Shown one piece after another: positions 9,727-20,156 of a stretch of 64,000 bases of DNA (position 1 is the first letter of the stretch; each line of letters begins with the position of its first letter). The DNA lies in the NCBI GenBank assembly GCA_043797085.1, contig JAZDQA010000006.1:32001-96000 (forward strand), in the 5' to 3' direction. The notes under the pieces were generated by a model, which was not told where the DNA came from, ran no database searches, and saw only the letters and a program-made list of their open reading frames with translations. This DNA comes from Pseudomonadota bacterium (GTDB lineage: Bacteria > Campylobacterota > Campylobacteria > Campylobacterales > Sulfurimonadaceae). The position numbers were made by a program, and so were the translations under genes.

Positions 9727-10455
9727 TTAGTATTGGATTAGTTCTTTGGAAAATTCAGTCAATTTAACTGTTTTCGCCGAAATAGAAACGAGTTTTTTTG
9801 CCTCAGCCGGACCGTTATAAAACTGTTTAAGCTCCGGCTTGAACGATTTAAAATAGTCTTGGAATTTATCCAAACCTAAAATCCCGACAGCCCAAAGGGT
9901 ATCATCCGCCGCATGTTCTAAAACAACTGCTGCGAGAGGTTGAGACGCTGCTCCGCCTAGAACTTTTGCCCCTGCACGAACATCGAATGCTGACATGTGA
10001 GAAGAGCACACAATAATACCGCTTTTCTCGTATGCTATTGTCGGTGTTTTTTCAGGAACATACATGATGAAACTGTCACTTGGTGTTGGATGCGTCATTT
10101 GATGCGTACAGATGGCTACATAAGCTACAATCGTACGATCTTTGCCTACACCGCTTTTCCAAAGGTATTTTTCACCATTTTCTGATGTCAACTCAACATC
10201 AGTTAATGTCGGTTTAGGGAGATTGACCAACAAACAAGGGGTAGACGCATAAGGATAATTAAAAATATAATTGACCTCTTTTTCCAGCTTTGACGCTAAA
10301 ATCGGTTTGCCATCCGCTCCTATGAGCTGTGTTTTTTCATACGCTCTGTAAAGCGTTCCGTCTGACGCATACAAATTGCCTCGAATAAGCGATGGACTTA
10401 CCGCCATAACTGTTGCACTTGCAGCAACTACTTTTAAAAAGTTTCTTCTATCCAT
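9727..10455 (-). CDS. Tat-exported Rieske [2Fe-2S] protein
   Basis: Twin-arginine 'MDRRNFLK' and Rieske boxes 'CTHQ' and 'CSSH...FD', followed by 'QPL'. Confidence 0.85.
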   Translation of the reverse strand: MDRRNFLKVVAASATVMAVSPSLIRGNLYASDGTLYRAYEKTQLIGADGKPILASKLEKEVNYIFNYPYASTPCLLVNLPKPTLTDVELTSENGEKYLWKSGVGKDRTIVAYVAICTHQMTHPTPSDSFIMYVPEKTPTIAYEKSGIIVCSSHMSAFDVRAGAKVLGGAASQPLAAVVLEHAADDTLWAVGILGLDKFQDYFKSFKPELKQFYNGPAEAKKLVSISAKTVKLTEFSKELIQY

Positions 10456-10561
10456 GATGATTTCCGTGTGAATTATTTTGTGGTGTGTAGTTTAGCAGGT
10501 TTTTTGTAAAATAAAATTTTGATTTTATCTCGTTTGTTTGCTTAGTCTGTGTAATTATATG

Positions 10562-10587
10562 CATTCCCAAGCTAGAGCTTGGGAATG
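10562..10587. repeat. REP-like palindrome / terminator after fccB
   Basis: cattcccaagct-ag-agcttgggaatg, with perfect 12-bp arms. Confidence 0.7.
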
Positions 10588-10600
10588 AGAAAACTATTGC

Positions 10601-12010
10601 TTAGCTAAACAAATCTCTCATGGCACCTTTGTACCAATCGTGTGTTGCTTTTCCAAGACCTGTTGAGCGGAATTTATCGTTTACAGTATCTCCTTTTGGA
10701 ACACTTCCTTTGCTTCCGATAACTGGACCTGCAACCATAAACTCATGGTTAACCATGATTGCTTCTTCTGGATTACCATTTACCATTGAGTAGCACACGT
10801 TTGCACTTTTGTATGGAAGTGCTGATGCAACACTGTATGATTTACCGTGGAGAACGTGAGCAATCTCTTTTGCACACTCTTTACCTGACCAGATCGCTGT
10901 TTGACCGCTTGGTGGGATTGCATGTCCAACAACGTCACCGACTGCGTAAACATTTTTATCCGTTGCTGTTTGGAAAGAAACCGGTTTTTCAGCACTGGTT
11001 GCCATTTTAACTTTTTTGAATCCGTCTGGTGTAACGGCGACACCTGACATTTCAATGACTGGATTAGACATATTGTGCGGGATGAAGTTAAATACACCGT
11101 ATTTGATTGTTTTTGTCGTTTTTGTACCTTCAGTGTCTTCTTTGTTTGCAAAAACTGTCTGAACGTATGTAATCTCTTTTTTGTCGAAATCAACATCAGC
11201 GATTTTACAATTGCTTTCGTGTACTACTTGACCTTTGTTAACCTCAGCCCATGATTCTTTAAACGCTGCACCTTTAGCAATTTCAGCCGTTTCATTAAGA
11301 ATGATAACTTTACCGGTTAGCCCCTCTTTTTTCATGTAGTTAGCAATCATACTTGCACGCTCGAAAGGAGCTGGAGGACAACGGAATTTACCGGCAGGAA
11401 CAGTAATAACAACATCACCCTCTTCCATGTTTTTAACCATACGATCCAATGCGATGTGCTCACCGCCCGGAACTAATGCAGCCGGTGCTAAACGTTTAGC
11501 TTTTGCGATTTTAGCCGCATCCCATTTTGGGAATTGTCCTTTGTAGTTGTAATCAATACCGGGAGCCATAACCAAGATATCATAACCTACTGAACCTTTT
11601 GATGTATGAACCACTTTTGCAGCACGGTCAATTCCAGTAACAACAGCGGTCAACATTCCATATCCGTTTGCTTCAACCGCTTGAGAATAGTCATGCGTCA
11701 ATGTACCAAGGTTTACACCCTCGATTCCGCCAAGATTACAGTTTGAAAATGGGCAAGACATAAAGCTGTCATTTTTTTCGATAATCGCTACATCAAAATT
11801 TGCATCAATCTTTTTAAGCTCTTTAGCAACAGTTAAACCGCCGAAACCTCCACCGATAATAACAACTTGATGTTTACCAAGCATAACGCCAGCAGCTGCT
11901 GCTGCTTTTGCCGGAAGTGGATTAAAAGCAGTAGTACTGCACCCTGATACTGCAGCAGCGGCTGCACTGATACCTGCGAATTTAAATAAGTCACGTCTTG
12001 AAATGTTCAT
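10601..12010 (-). CDS. fccB: Flavocytochrome c sulfide dehydrogenase flavoprotein subunit (FccB/SoxF family)
   Basis: Tat signal 'SRRDLFK', FAD-binding 'GGGFGG', FAD-attachment Cys in 'SCPFSN' and the active-site Cys pair in 'FRCPPAPFER' and 'NVCYS'. Confidence 0.88.
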   Translation of the reverse strand: MNISRRDLFKFAGISAAAAAVSGCSTTAFNPLPAKAAAAAGVMLGKHQVVIIGGGFGGLTVAKELKKIDANFDVAIIEKNDSFMSCPFSNCNLGGIEGVNLGTLTHDYSQAVEANGYGMLTAVVTGIDRAAKVVHTSKGSVGYDILVMAPGIDYNYKGQFPKWDAAKIAKAKRLAPAALVPGGEHIALDRMVKNMEEGDVVITVPAGKFRCPPAPFERASMIANYMKKEGLTGKVIILNETAEIAKGAAFKESWAEVNKGQVVHESNCKIADVDFDKKEITYVQTVFANKEDTEGTKTTKTIKYGVFNFIPHNMSNPVIEMSGVAVTPDGFKKVKMATSAEKPVSFQTATDKNVYAVGDVVGHAIPPSGQTAIWSGKECAKEIAHVLHGKSYSVASALPYKSANVCYSMVNGNPEEAIMVNHEFMVAGPVIGSKGSVPKGDTVNDKFRSTGLGKATHDWYKGAMRDLFS

Positions 12011-12132
12011 GGGTTTGATTCTCCTATTACTCTTTAAAGTGCAGGTATATTAATCCCGCATTCCTTAAAGTATTATAAGATTATATAAAATGAATGTAAA
12101 AAATGATAATAAGAGTTTATTATATAGAGAAG

Positions 12133-12150
12133 TGTGATAAATTTGTAACA
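12133..12150. promoter_or_regulatory. Candidate operator palindrome upstream of fccB
   Basis: TGTGATAAATTTGTAACA, an imperfect 18-bp inverted repeat. Confidence 0.35.
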
Positions 12151-12233
12151 ATTCCCCATCTAATGGCTTTTTTGACTATTTTTATTGTTATAATGCTATC
12201 ATATACGAATAATAATTTATAAGGATGTTACTT

Positions 12234-12533
12234 ATGAAAACAGTAGATTGCCAAAGCTTGGAAGAACTTCGGAACTGCATTGATGCCGTAGACGATCAAA
12301 TTGTGGAATTTATCGCTGCACGTAATGCGTATGTTAAACAAGCCGCCAAATTTAAACACTCCATAGATGAAATCAAAGGTAAAGAGAGAATGGAAGCGGT
12401 CATGGATCGTGTTCGAATGCGAGCAATGGAATTTGGAGTCTCTCCCAATCTTCTCACCAAACTCTATACTATTATGATCGATGAGATGGTGGAAGCGGAA
12501 ATTTCTGAGTTTAGGAATGCTAAGTCGTTATAA
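12234..12533 (+). CDS. Chorismate mutase (AroQ type, stand-alone)
   Basis: 'SLEELRNCIDAVDDQIVEFIAARNAYVKQAAKFK'. AAGGA RBS before ATG 12234 and a TGtTATAAT extended -10 at 12186. Confidence 0.88.
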   Translation: MKTVDCQSLEELRNCIDAVDDQIVEFIAARNAYVKQAAKFKHSIDEIKGKERMEAVMDRVRMRAMEFGVSPNLLTKLYTIMIDEMVEAEISEFRNAKSL

Positions 12534-12537
12534 GATT

Positions 12538-12568
12538 GGATCCCGTGTCGTAGCACGGGATGACGAAG
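12538..12568. repeat. CGTCAT-type REP-like palindrome between convergent genes
   Basis: atcccgtg-tcgtag-cacgggat-gacgaag; the reverse complement is nearly identical to 15823-15855. Confidence 0.75.
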
Positions 12569-12569
12569 A

Positions 12570-13787
12570 TTAAAACCGTGTTACCTCGTCCCCTTGTATC
12601 GCCATCATGACTCGACCGTGAAGAGTCTCATTTTTATACAATGAGTGGTGGTGAGTTACTTGCGTCATCTTATCGGGGTTAAAAATAATCAAATCCGCAG
12701 GAAGCCCCACGTTAATGATACCTTTACTCATTCCCACCGTGTCTGCCGGATTTTTAGATGCTAATTCTACGAGGCGACTCATTGTAATGGTCTCATTTTT
12801 AATAAGATGCGTATAGCATAAGGGTAAATATTCCCCGATCGATGTCGTTCCAAAACTGGCATCATTAAATGTAATATCTTTATGAATATCAGAATTGGGC
12901 TGATGCAAAGCGGATAAAGTGTGAATGTTTCCCTCTTGAAGCGAACGGATTAAAAATGCCCGTTTTTCTTCGCTTACCAACGGAGGATTGATTTTTGCAT
13001 CCGAATCATATCCTTTGCATTCAGAGTCGTTTTTCAATAAATGATGCAAACTAACTTCGCACTCTACATCCACTCCTGATACTCTAGCTTGTGTAATCAA
13101 TTCAATACTTCGTGGTTCAGTAATGCTTTTAAAAATGATTTTGATTCCAAAATGACGTGCCACTTCAATCATAGATGCGACATGAACAATCTCAGAAAGA
13201 GGAGAAATACAGCTCAAACCCAATCTGGCAGCAACAGAACCATCTGCCATCACACCATTTTCAAAAAGGCTTTTATCGACAGCTTTATAGAAAAGAGGCT
13301 TATGAGTCATTTGGAGATATTGGGCGATACGGCTAATAAGATTGTAATCACATAGGGTTGATGTGGATACTGCCAATGCCCCATTTTTTAGTAAAATAGC
13401 GATATTGCTAAGAGCGCCTGCATCATTGAGAGCACTGATACTGCATTCGATGGTCGCACCCTCTTTTGTATCTCGATGCTGATGGACAAACTCTAACGTA
13501 ATTTCGTTGTCGATACGAGGATTGGAATCACTGTTAAGGACAACCGTACTGACCCCTCCCTCAAGTGCATAGCGTGCGAGAGAAACAAGGTTTTTACCGT
13601 TTAACTGACCGTCTTTAAGGGAGACATTGGTATCGATTAATCCAGGGAGAAGATAGCATCCGCTCGCATCAATAATCTCTTCATCACTTAATGAATGACC
13701 AATTTCAACAATAACACCGTTTATAATTCTAACATCGCCGTTACGTTGCGAATCTGCATCACAAATGAGTGCATTTGCAATAACCAT
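12570..13787 (-). CDS. Dihydroorotase-like protein, probably the catalytically inactive PyrC' type
   Basis: Amidohydrolase fold ('LLPGLID', 'KINPPL', 'SKNPA', 'ADLIIF'), but the metal-binding DxHxH reads DTNVS. Confidence 0.8.
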   Translation of the reverse strand: MVIANALICDADSQRNGDVRIINGVIVEIGHSLSDEEIIDASGCYLLPGLIDTNVSLKDGQLNGKNLVSLARYALEGGVSTVVLNSDSNPRIDNEITLEFVHQHRDTKEGATIECSISALNDAGALSNIAILLKNGALAVSTSTLCDYNLISRIAQYLQMTHKPLFYKAVDKSLFENGVMADGSVAARLGLSCISPLSEIVHVASMIEVARHFGIKIIFKSITEPRSIELITQARVSGVDVECEVSLHHLLKNDSECKGYDSDAKINPPLVSEEKRAFLIRSLQEGNIHTLSALHQPNSDIHKDITFNDASFGTTSIGEYLPLCYTHLIKNETITMSRLVELASKNPADTVGMSKGIINVGLPADLIIFNPDKMTQVTHHHSLYKNETLHGRVMMAIQGDEVTRF

Positions 13788-13883
13788 GGTTGCTCCTATG
13801 TTGTTAATTGATACACACCCATTTTTGTAAAAGTGTGGAAGGTCAGTTATAATAACGGTATTGTAATCTATGAAGGTTTAAAA

Positions 13884-14246
13884 ATGGGAAATATGCGTAT
13901 TTTTGTTTTGCTTATTATAAGCACAACTTTTTTATTCGCAACTGCCTACGAGCAAGGGAAAAAACTCTATTTTGAAAAAGGTTGCAACGGATGTCACGGA
14001 ATTTCTGCCGGAGGATCGGGTCAATATCCTGCACTTGCTTATCGTCGTAAACCTTTTTTGATAAATAAACTCAAAGGATACCGGGCCAAGCAAGGGGCAA
14101 CACAATTGTCACAAATGATGATCCCCTTTGCTATGGGGCTTAACGATACACAAATTGACGAACTGACCACATTTTTTTCCCAATACAAAGAGGGATCAAC
14201 ACCTGCCAAAAGAGATTTTAATATTAAAGGAGACGGAGGATCATGA
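13884..14246 (+). CDS. Periplasmic monoheme cytochrome c (c553-like)
   Basis: Signal peptide, 'GCNGCHG', 'YPALA' and a distal Met in 'QMMIPFA'. Start uncertain (13884 or 13893). Confidence 0.85.
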   Translation: MGNMRIFVLLIISTTFLFATAYEQGKKLYFEKGCNGCHGISAGGSGQYPALAYRRKPFLINKLKGYRAKQGATQLSQMMIPFAMGLNDTQIDELTTFFSQYKEGSTPAKRDFNIKGDGGS

Positions 14247-15292
14247 AATTACTCGTATCAGCACTCGAACATTCGGCTAATGTTCATCTTCGTTATTTAG
14301 CAAATGAGCTTGGAAATGATGTTGAGCTGCATGGAATTTTCGATGCTTCACTGGGAGAGAGTATTGTCGATTTACGCTCAACAGCGATCATGGGATTTGT
14401 GGATGCCCTCACCAAACTCCCCTTTTTCTTTCGTCTGAAAGATGAAATGGTAGAACTTGCAGGAGATGCCGATAAAGTGTTGCTGATTGACTCGTCCGGA
14501 TTTAATTTGCCGCTGGCTAAAGCCATTCGTAAACGTTATCCCGACAAAGAGATCATCTACTATATTCTCCCTCAGGCATGGGCTTGGAAGAAAAAGCGGA
14601 TCCCTGTACTCGAAAAAACAATCACAAAGCTCTGTTCTATACTCCCCTTTGAACCCTCATATTACTCCCCTAGTGCTCCTATCGAATACGTCGGTCATCC
14701 GCTGTTGGATGAAATAACAGTAGAAAAAACATCGCTTGAACCTACTGGAGTAATTACCTTTATGCCCGGCAGCCGTCCGGGTGAAATCAAAAAACTTATG
14801 GGAATTTTTAAAGAGGTACGTGCTCGAATAGAGTGTCAAGCAATGCTAGTTATCCCATCACACTTTACACCGGAAAAAATAGAAGTACTTTATGGGGACA
14901 CGTCCTCTTTTACGCTCACTCATGATGCACACGCGACCCTCGCTCAATCAGATTTTGCATTCATCTGCAGCGGAACGGCAACGCTCGAAGCATGTCTCAT
15001 CAAAACCCCTTTTGTCCTCGTCTACATCGCTAAAAAGCTGGACTATATCATCGGACGTGCGTTGATAAAACTTGAGTATGCAGGGCTTGGCAATCTCTTA
15101 TTTATGCACCAATACGGTAAACCGCTCCATCCTGAGTTTATTCAAAACGATGTAACGGCAGAAAACCTGTATAATAGCTACATTCAAATGGATAAAGAAA
15201 AATTTTTTACTAACGCCGGTACGTTGCGAGCTCTTTTAAAACATGGAAGTGCTGCGCGTGTAAGCGAAATAATCAAGGAAACCAATGCTTAG
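14243..15292 (+). CDS. lpxB: Lipid-A-disaccharide synthase
   Basis: Motifs 'IDSSGFNL', 'YYILPQAWAWK', 'YVGHPL', 'PGSR' and 'SGTATLE'. Confidence 0.95.
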   Translation: MKLLVSALEHSANVHLRYLANELGNDVELHGIFDASLGESIVDLRSTAIMGFVDALTKLPFFFRLKDEMVELAGDADKVLLIDSSGFNLPLAKAIRKRYPDKEIIYYILPQAWAWKKKRIPVLEKTITKLCSILPFEPSYYSPSAPIEYVGHPLLDEITVEKTSLEPTGVITFMPGSRPGEIKKLMGIFKEVRARIECQAMLVIPSHFTPEKIEVLYGDTSSFTLTHDAHATLAQSDFAFICSGTATLEACLIKTPFVLVYIAKKLDYIIGRALIKLEYAGLGNLLFMHQYGKPLHPEFIQNDVTAENLYNSYIQMDKEKFFTNAGTLRALLKHGSAARVSEIIKETNA

Positions 15293-15815
15293 ACTTTTTT
15301 CATGGGCTAAAACCTATTCAAATCGTATCGTTGATGAGAAAATCATCCCCTACGTTTTTACCCTCTCTGATTCGCCAATGCTGTTTAGAGATTTGCTAAG
15401 AACCAATAAAATGTACCAAGACGGCTTAAAACTCGAAGGGAATATCCCCGGTTTTCGTTTTAGTGTCGGGAAGAGCTATATTGTGTTTATCATTTTATGG
15501 CATATGATAATGCTTCCGCCTGCTGCACTTTTTCACGCTAAACTGGTAAAAATTGACTGTCACTTGCTCATTATTATGGCGGTCTTGTTTACAGGGATGT
15601 TTTTTGCGATGTATGCAATATTCAAAGAATTCCTTATCGACGCAGTAGCGCATAAAATCCTAAAACGCGGATGGGAAAATCACTTTCCCCATTTTAACTA
15701 TGAGCTTCATTCTGCCGAAGTAGCCAACATCTATGCTGAGGCAATCGATAAAGAGATACCAAATAATGAATTGCAGCTTTATATTTTAGAGAAGCTTGTT
15801 GAGGGGAAGAAGTAA
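15285..15815 (+). CDS. Hypothetical membrane protein (two TM segments)
   Basis: 176-aa ORF with an AAGGA RBS, overlapping the lpxB end, with two hydrophobic stretches. Confidence 0.7.
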   Translation: MLRLFSWAKTYSNRIVDEKIIPYVFTLSDSPMLFRDLLRTNKMYQDGLKLEGNIPGFRFSVGKSYIVFIILWHMIMLPPAALFHAKLVKIDCHLLIIMAVLFTGMFFAMYAIFKEFLIDAVAHKILKRGWENHFPHFNYELHSAEVANIYAEAIDKEIPNNELQLYILEKLVEGKK

Positions 15816-15822
15816 AACACAC

Positions 15823-15900
15823 CTTCGTCATCCTCGTGCTTGACACGGGGATCCATCTCCATAGATACAAAGCTGGATTCCCGCCTTCGCGGGAATGACG
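15823..15900. repeat. Inverted pair of CGTCAT-type REP-like palindromes (BIME-like)
   Basis: cgtcatcctcgtgcttgacacggggatcca, a spacer, then tggattcccgccttcgcgggaatgacg; lies between convergent genes. Confidence 0.8.
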
Positions 15901-15904
15901 GGTT

Positions 15905-16288
15905 TTACTTCTTAACGCTGTTCAAAATTCCCATGAAGGTGGGAATATTCGCTCCCCCATCATGACGTTTTAGTTTTACCCCTTTTGAATTCACAAAATG
16001 AAAGGTAGGTGTTCCCATATAGCCTAACCCTTCCGGAAGAAAATCTTTATGGATATCAAGATGAACAGGGATGAAGTTTTTGTTAATCATCTGTTCTACT
16101 GCTTGCTCTTCAAATACAACATCTTCCATGTATTCACACGCAGGACACTCTTCCCTAGAAAACATTACCATCACGTTTTTTTTCTCTTTTGCCGCTTTTG
16201 TGAGTGCAACATCATACGATGCCACCCAGTTGATTTGGGCAGATGCACACGATGCTAGTAGTGCCAATGCTACGATTGTTTTATTCAT
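15905..16288 (-). CDS. Periplasmic thioredoxin-fold protein (SoxW-like)
   Basis: Signal peptide, 'CPAC' and cis-Pro motif 'GTPTF'; directly downstream of dsbD. Confidence 0.8.
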   Translation of the reverse strand: MNKTIVALALLASCASAQINWVASYDVALTKAAKEKKNVMVMFSREECPACEYMEDVVFEEQAVEQMINKNFIPVHLDIHKDFLPEGLGYMGTPTFHFVNSKGVKLKRHDGGANIPTFMGILNSVKK

Positions 16289-18081
16289 TTTAGTCTTCCT
16301 AAATGGGTTAAAAATTCTTTTGGCTCTTTAAAACCGACGATGCTGGCATCCTCTATTTGTTGACCTTTCTCATCAAAAAATAAAATAGCGGGTGGTCCGA
16401 AAATTCCGTATTTTTTAGTGATTGCTGTCGCTGCATCGTCGTTGGCGGTTACATCCACTTGTACCAATACATACTCATCCATCGCCGTTTTAACGGTTTC
16501 GTCACTAAAGGTTTTTTCTTCAAGCTCTTTGCAGGCGGTACACCAATCTGCATAAAAATCGACCATCACACGTTTGCCTTTATTTTCTGCCAAAATAGCA
16601 TCCAATTCTTCGATGGAGGTGATTTTTTCAAACGTTTTATGGGCATTTACCAAGACTGATTTTTCTTGTTTAACACTCAAAAAAGGATCAAGAGGATGTA
16701 AAATATTTTTTGCTCCTGCCATACCTCCTATCAATAAACTAATTCCATAGAGTAAGATCATAAATCCGAGTGCTTTGACATTAGCACGAGAACTCCATGA
16801 AGGGTGTTGCCCTAACGGTTCCAAAGCGTTCAAGTTAATCGCAACAAATACTGCTAATCCACCCCATAACAATAAGGTTGTGTTCTCATCCAAGACGCGA
16901 CCCATCATCCAAATGGCGATACCAAGAAGCATCACTCCAAAGATCGCTTTGATGACATCCATCCACATTCCCGGTTTTGGCATAAATTTACCTGAAGTCG
17001 TTCCGACAATGAGTAAGGGAACGCCCATACCGATACTCAGTGAAAAGAGCGCAATACCACCCAGCAATGCATCCCCAGTCTGACCAATATAAATCAACGC
17101 CCCAGCAAGCGGAGCAGCCACACACGGTCCCACAATCAGTGCCGATAAAAAGCCCATAATCGCAATACCGGCAACCCCACTTCTTTGACCTCCGAGCTTA
17201 GAGAGTCGCGATTGAATAAAATTAGGAATTTGAAGTTCATACACATCAAACATTGATAATGATAAAAGGACGAAAACCAGTGCAAATACGGTAATAATCC
17301 ACGGCGTTTGAAATGCAGCTTGTAGATTTGACCCAAACAAACCGGCTAAAACACCCGCTATCGTATACGCTACCGCCATCGATAAAACATATACCAATGA
17401 GAGTAAAAATGCTTTTTTAGCCCCCATTCCCTTGCCCTGAGCGAGAATGACCGAGGAGATGATAGGAATCATTGGGAAAACGCATGGAGTCAAAGAGAGA
17501 AGAAGACCAAAACCAAAGAAACTGATAATGATAAACCAAAGACTCCCGCCTTTAATAACACTCGCAATTTGATCGGTTTCTGATTCATTCTTAGGTTTTA
17601 CAGCCTCTTTTGCAGGCTTTGTCAAAGCTAATGCACTCAGATGTGCCGGATCTGCAACGCTTAGGTTGTCCGCATCCACCATGATTTCCAATACAGATTC
17701 TTGAGGTTCATAACACAATCCTGCCGAAGAACACCCTTGATAAGAGAGCTTAACGCGAATTTTTTGCTCACCGCTAAGCTCTTTAGCCTTACTTAGATCA
17801 ATATGAGTGATAGGATTAGTTTCATAAACCGTTTCCCCCTCATGATCAGCCGTTTTTGTTGCCGTCTCAATAATCGTAAAATTAATACCGTCATTTAAGT
17901 CAGCATCTTCAATTTTGAGTTTGTCTTTATACAGATAAATCTGATCACCCAACTCAATCTCAACCGCGATTGTATCGTCATCCACCGTTGTAATTTTAGG
18001 CTTAAATGCTTCATCAGGCTGGAGAAAACTCACTCCAAAGAGAGCCATAGAAAAAAATAGTAAAAACAAAAAACGCATCAT
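16285..18081 (-). CDS. dsbD: Thiol:disulfide interchange protein DsbD
   Basis: Three domains with '[11 protein letters not shown]', 'LTPCVFPM...GPCVAAP' and 'FYADWCTAC'. Confidence 0.95.
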   Translation of the reverse strand: MMRFLFLLFFSMALFGVSFLQPDEAFKPKITTVDDDTIAVEIELGDQIYLYKDKLKIEDADLNDGINFTIIETATKTADHEGETVYETNPITHIDLSKAKELSGEQKIRVKLSYQGCSSAGLCYEPQESVLEIMVDADNLSVADPAHLSALALTKPAKEAVKPKNESETDQIASVIKGGSLWFIIISFFGFGLLLSLTPCVFPMIPIISSVILAQGKGMGAKKAFLLSLVYVLSMAVAYTIAGVLAGLFGSNLQAAFQTPWIITVFALVFVLLSLSMFDVYELQIPNFIQSRLSKLGGQRSGVAGIAIMGFLSALIVGPCVAAPLAGALIYIGQTGDALLGGIALFSLSIGMGVPLLIVGTTSGKFMPKPGMWMDVIKAIFGVMLLGIAIWMMGRVLDENTTLLLWGGLAVFVAINLNALEPLGQHPSWSSRANVKALGFMILLYGISLLIGGMAGAKNILHPLDPFLSVKQEKSVLVNAHKTFEKITSIEELDAILAENKGKRVMVDFYADWCTACKELEEKTFSDETVKTAMDEYVLVQVDVTANDDAATAITKKYGIFGPPAILFFDEKGQQIEDASIVGFKEPKEFLTHLGRLK

Positions 18082-18221
18082 ATCCCTTTGTATCTAATGA
18101 TAATTGCTTATTTTACCCTATAAAAGACAAGATTCCTATTTTAGAAACATTGTTAATATTATTCAGTTTTTCTATAGTCATAAATGCTACACTACTTCAT
18201 ATATTTACATGGAGTCACACT

Positions 18222-20138
18222 ATGTCCAACCGTCTCGCACTCGAAGATTCTCCCTATCTCCAACAACACAAAAACAATCCATTTAATTGGTATTCTTGGT
18301 GCGATGAAGCATTTGAGAAGGCGAAGCAAGAAAATAAATCAATCTTTATCTCAATAGGTTACAGCAGCTGCCATTGGTGTCATGTTATGGAACATGATGT
18401 ATTTGAAAACGAAGAAATCGCAGCATTTGTCAATCAGCATTTTGTCTGTATCAAAGTGGATCGTGAAGAGCGTCCTGACATCGACAAACATTTCCAAGAA
18501 CTTCATCTTCTTCTCAATCGTCGAGCAGGTGGGTGGCCGCTTTCCATCTTTTGTACTCCACAGAACAAACCCTTTTATGCCGCCACTTACATTCCGCCCC
18601 ATAATCGCGATAAAATGATGGGATTTAGCGAACTTACGGCTATCATTTCCGAAAAAGTTGCCGCAAACGACGAAAAACTTTTCAAAAATGCCGATGAAAT
18701 CACCAGTTTTATGAAACCCAAAGAGACACCGACTCAAGCAACCGTGTTGGATGAAAAAATCATGATCCAATTTGCAAAACAAGCGGAACATAATTTCGAC
18801 ACAATCAACGGCGGATTTTCCAAAGCTCCGAAGTTTCCTCATAGTTCTACGTTAAAAACCCTTATGCGTCTTGAAAAGCTTGAATCCGAGCCATCACGTC
18901 GTACTATCATTACCCATACACTGGATTCGATGGCACGAGGAGGAATGTATGACCTCATCGATGGAGGATTTTGCCGTTACAGTACACAAGAGTCGTGGCT
19001 GATTCCCCATTTTGAAAAGATGACGTATGATAATGCTCTGCTGTGTGAAATATATGCTCTAGCTTCCGTTCAATTCAATAATCCACTCTATTTGCAATGC
19101 GCCACGGAAACTGCCGATTTTATGATGAAGTTTATGATGGAAGATCATCTCTTTTACAGTGCGAGCGATGCGGATACCGAGGGTGAGGAAGGGAAATATT
19201 TTGTTTACTCGTATGATGAAATCACACAAGCCCTTCAAAATGCACATGTTACCAATCTCGATGAAGCCATGGAAATACTTCAAATCACCCCTGATGGAAA
19301 TTTCGAAGGTCAATGCATAATCACCCTCTCCTCATTAGAGCGTCCGCAATGGTTTGAGGATTTTGTCCTAGAGTGTCAAAAAATACGTTCCACTCGAACC
19401 TACCCCTTTATTGATCGTAAAATCAATGTCGCATGGAATGCCATGATGATTAAATCTCTCCTAATACTGGGGAAACAGATTCCATCGTATCAAGACCATG
19501 CAATTAGCTCGCTGGATGCACTCCTCTCGACCATGTTCATTGACGACGTTCTTTATCACACAACCCTCATACATAAACAACCGAAAATCGAAGCTTTTTT
19601 AGAAGATTATGCCTATCTCGCCGATGCATTAATCCAAGCCTATCAAAGCACTTTTGATGAAGTTTATCTCATACGTGCGCAACAACTCACCAACAAAGCC
19701 TTAGAGCTTTTTTACCAAAACGGTGCATGGTATTTTAGTCGAGGCGATTTCCCGACTATCTCTGAACTCGATGATGGTTCCTACCCTAGTGCAATGGCGA
19801 TTATGATGGATGTATTACTTTGCTTAGGAAGTCTCATTAATGGAAAGTATCGCCATTTTGCCTTCAAAAGCCTCGAATACGCCTCAATCAAACTCATGAA
19901 AACCCCGATTTATTATCCCAAACTTACCGAACAAACCATTCGATATCTAAAAGGTGATCGTATTGTCAAAGCGTCTAAAGCATTACTGACACAATTAGAT
20001 GAATTAAATTACCCATTCGTATTGCTCAAAAATGATGAAAATGCGGAAGGATTTTTGATCTGTGGCGAGAACAGCTGCTTTGCCTCTACTCCTGATGCTA
20101 AAACAGTAGAAGAATTAATCCATTCAACGTTACAATAA
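18222..20138 (+). CDS. YyaL/SSP411-family thioredoxin-domain protein
   Basis: Motifs '[14 protein letters not shown]', '[13 protein letters not shown]', '[11 protein letters not shown]' and '[11 protein letters not shown]'. Start set at ATG 18222 after GGAG. Confidence 0.92.
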   Translation: MSNRLALEDSPYLQQHKNNPFNWYSWCDEAFEKAKQENKSIFISIGYSSCHWCHVMEHDVFENEEIAAFVNQHFVCIKVDREERPDIDKHFQELHLLLNRRAGGWPLSIFCTPQNKPFYAATYIPPHNRDKMMGFSELTAIISEKVAANDEKLFKNADEITSFMKPKETPTQATVLDEKIMIQFAKQAEHNFDTINGGFSKAPKFPHSSTLKTLMRLEKLESEPSRRTIITHTLDSMARGGMYDLIDGGFCRYSTQESWLIPHFEKMTYDNALLCEIYALASVQFNNPLYLQCATETADFMMKFMMEDHLFYSASDADTEGEEGKYFVYSYDEITQALQNAHVTNLDEAMEILQITPDGNFEGQCIITLSSLERPQWFEDFVLECQKIRSTRTYPFIDRKINVAWNAMMIKSLLILGKQIPSYQDHAISSLDALLSTMFIDDVLYHTTLIHKQPKIEAFLEDYAYLADALIQAYQSTFDEVYLIRAQQLTNKALELFYQNGAWYFSRGDFPTISELDDGSYPSAMAIMMDVLLCLGSLINGKYRHFAFKSLEYASIKLMKTPIYYPKLTEQTIRYLKGDRIVKASKALLTQLDELNYPFVLLKNDENAEGFLICGENSCFASTPDAKTVEELIHSTLQ

Positions 20139-20156
20139 AAAAAACAGGTGATCAGA

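Noticed and set aside
12570..13787. Dihydroorotase lacking its metal ligands as a novel pseudo-enzyme
   Set aside because: Inactive PyrC' subunits that scaffold aspartate transcarbamoylase are already well known.
9223..15900. CRISPR array or IS ends among the palindromes
   Set aside because: There is no regular repeat-spacer periodicity, no cas gene or transposase, and no target-site duplication.
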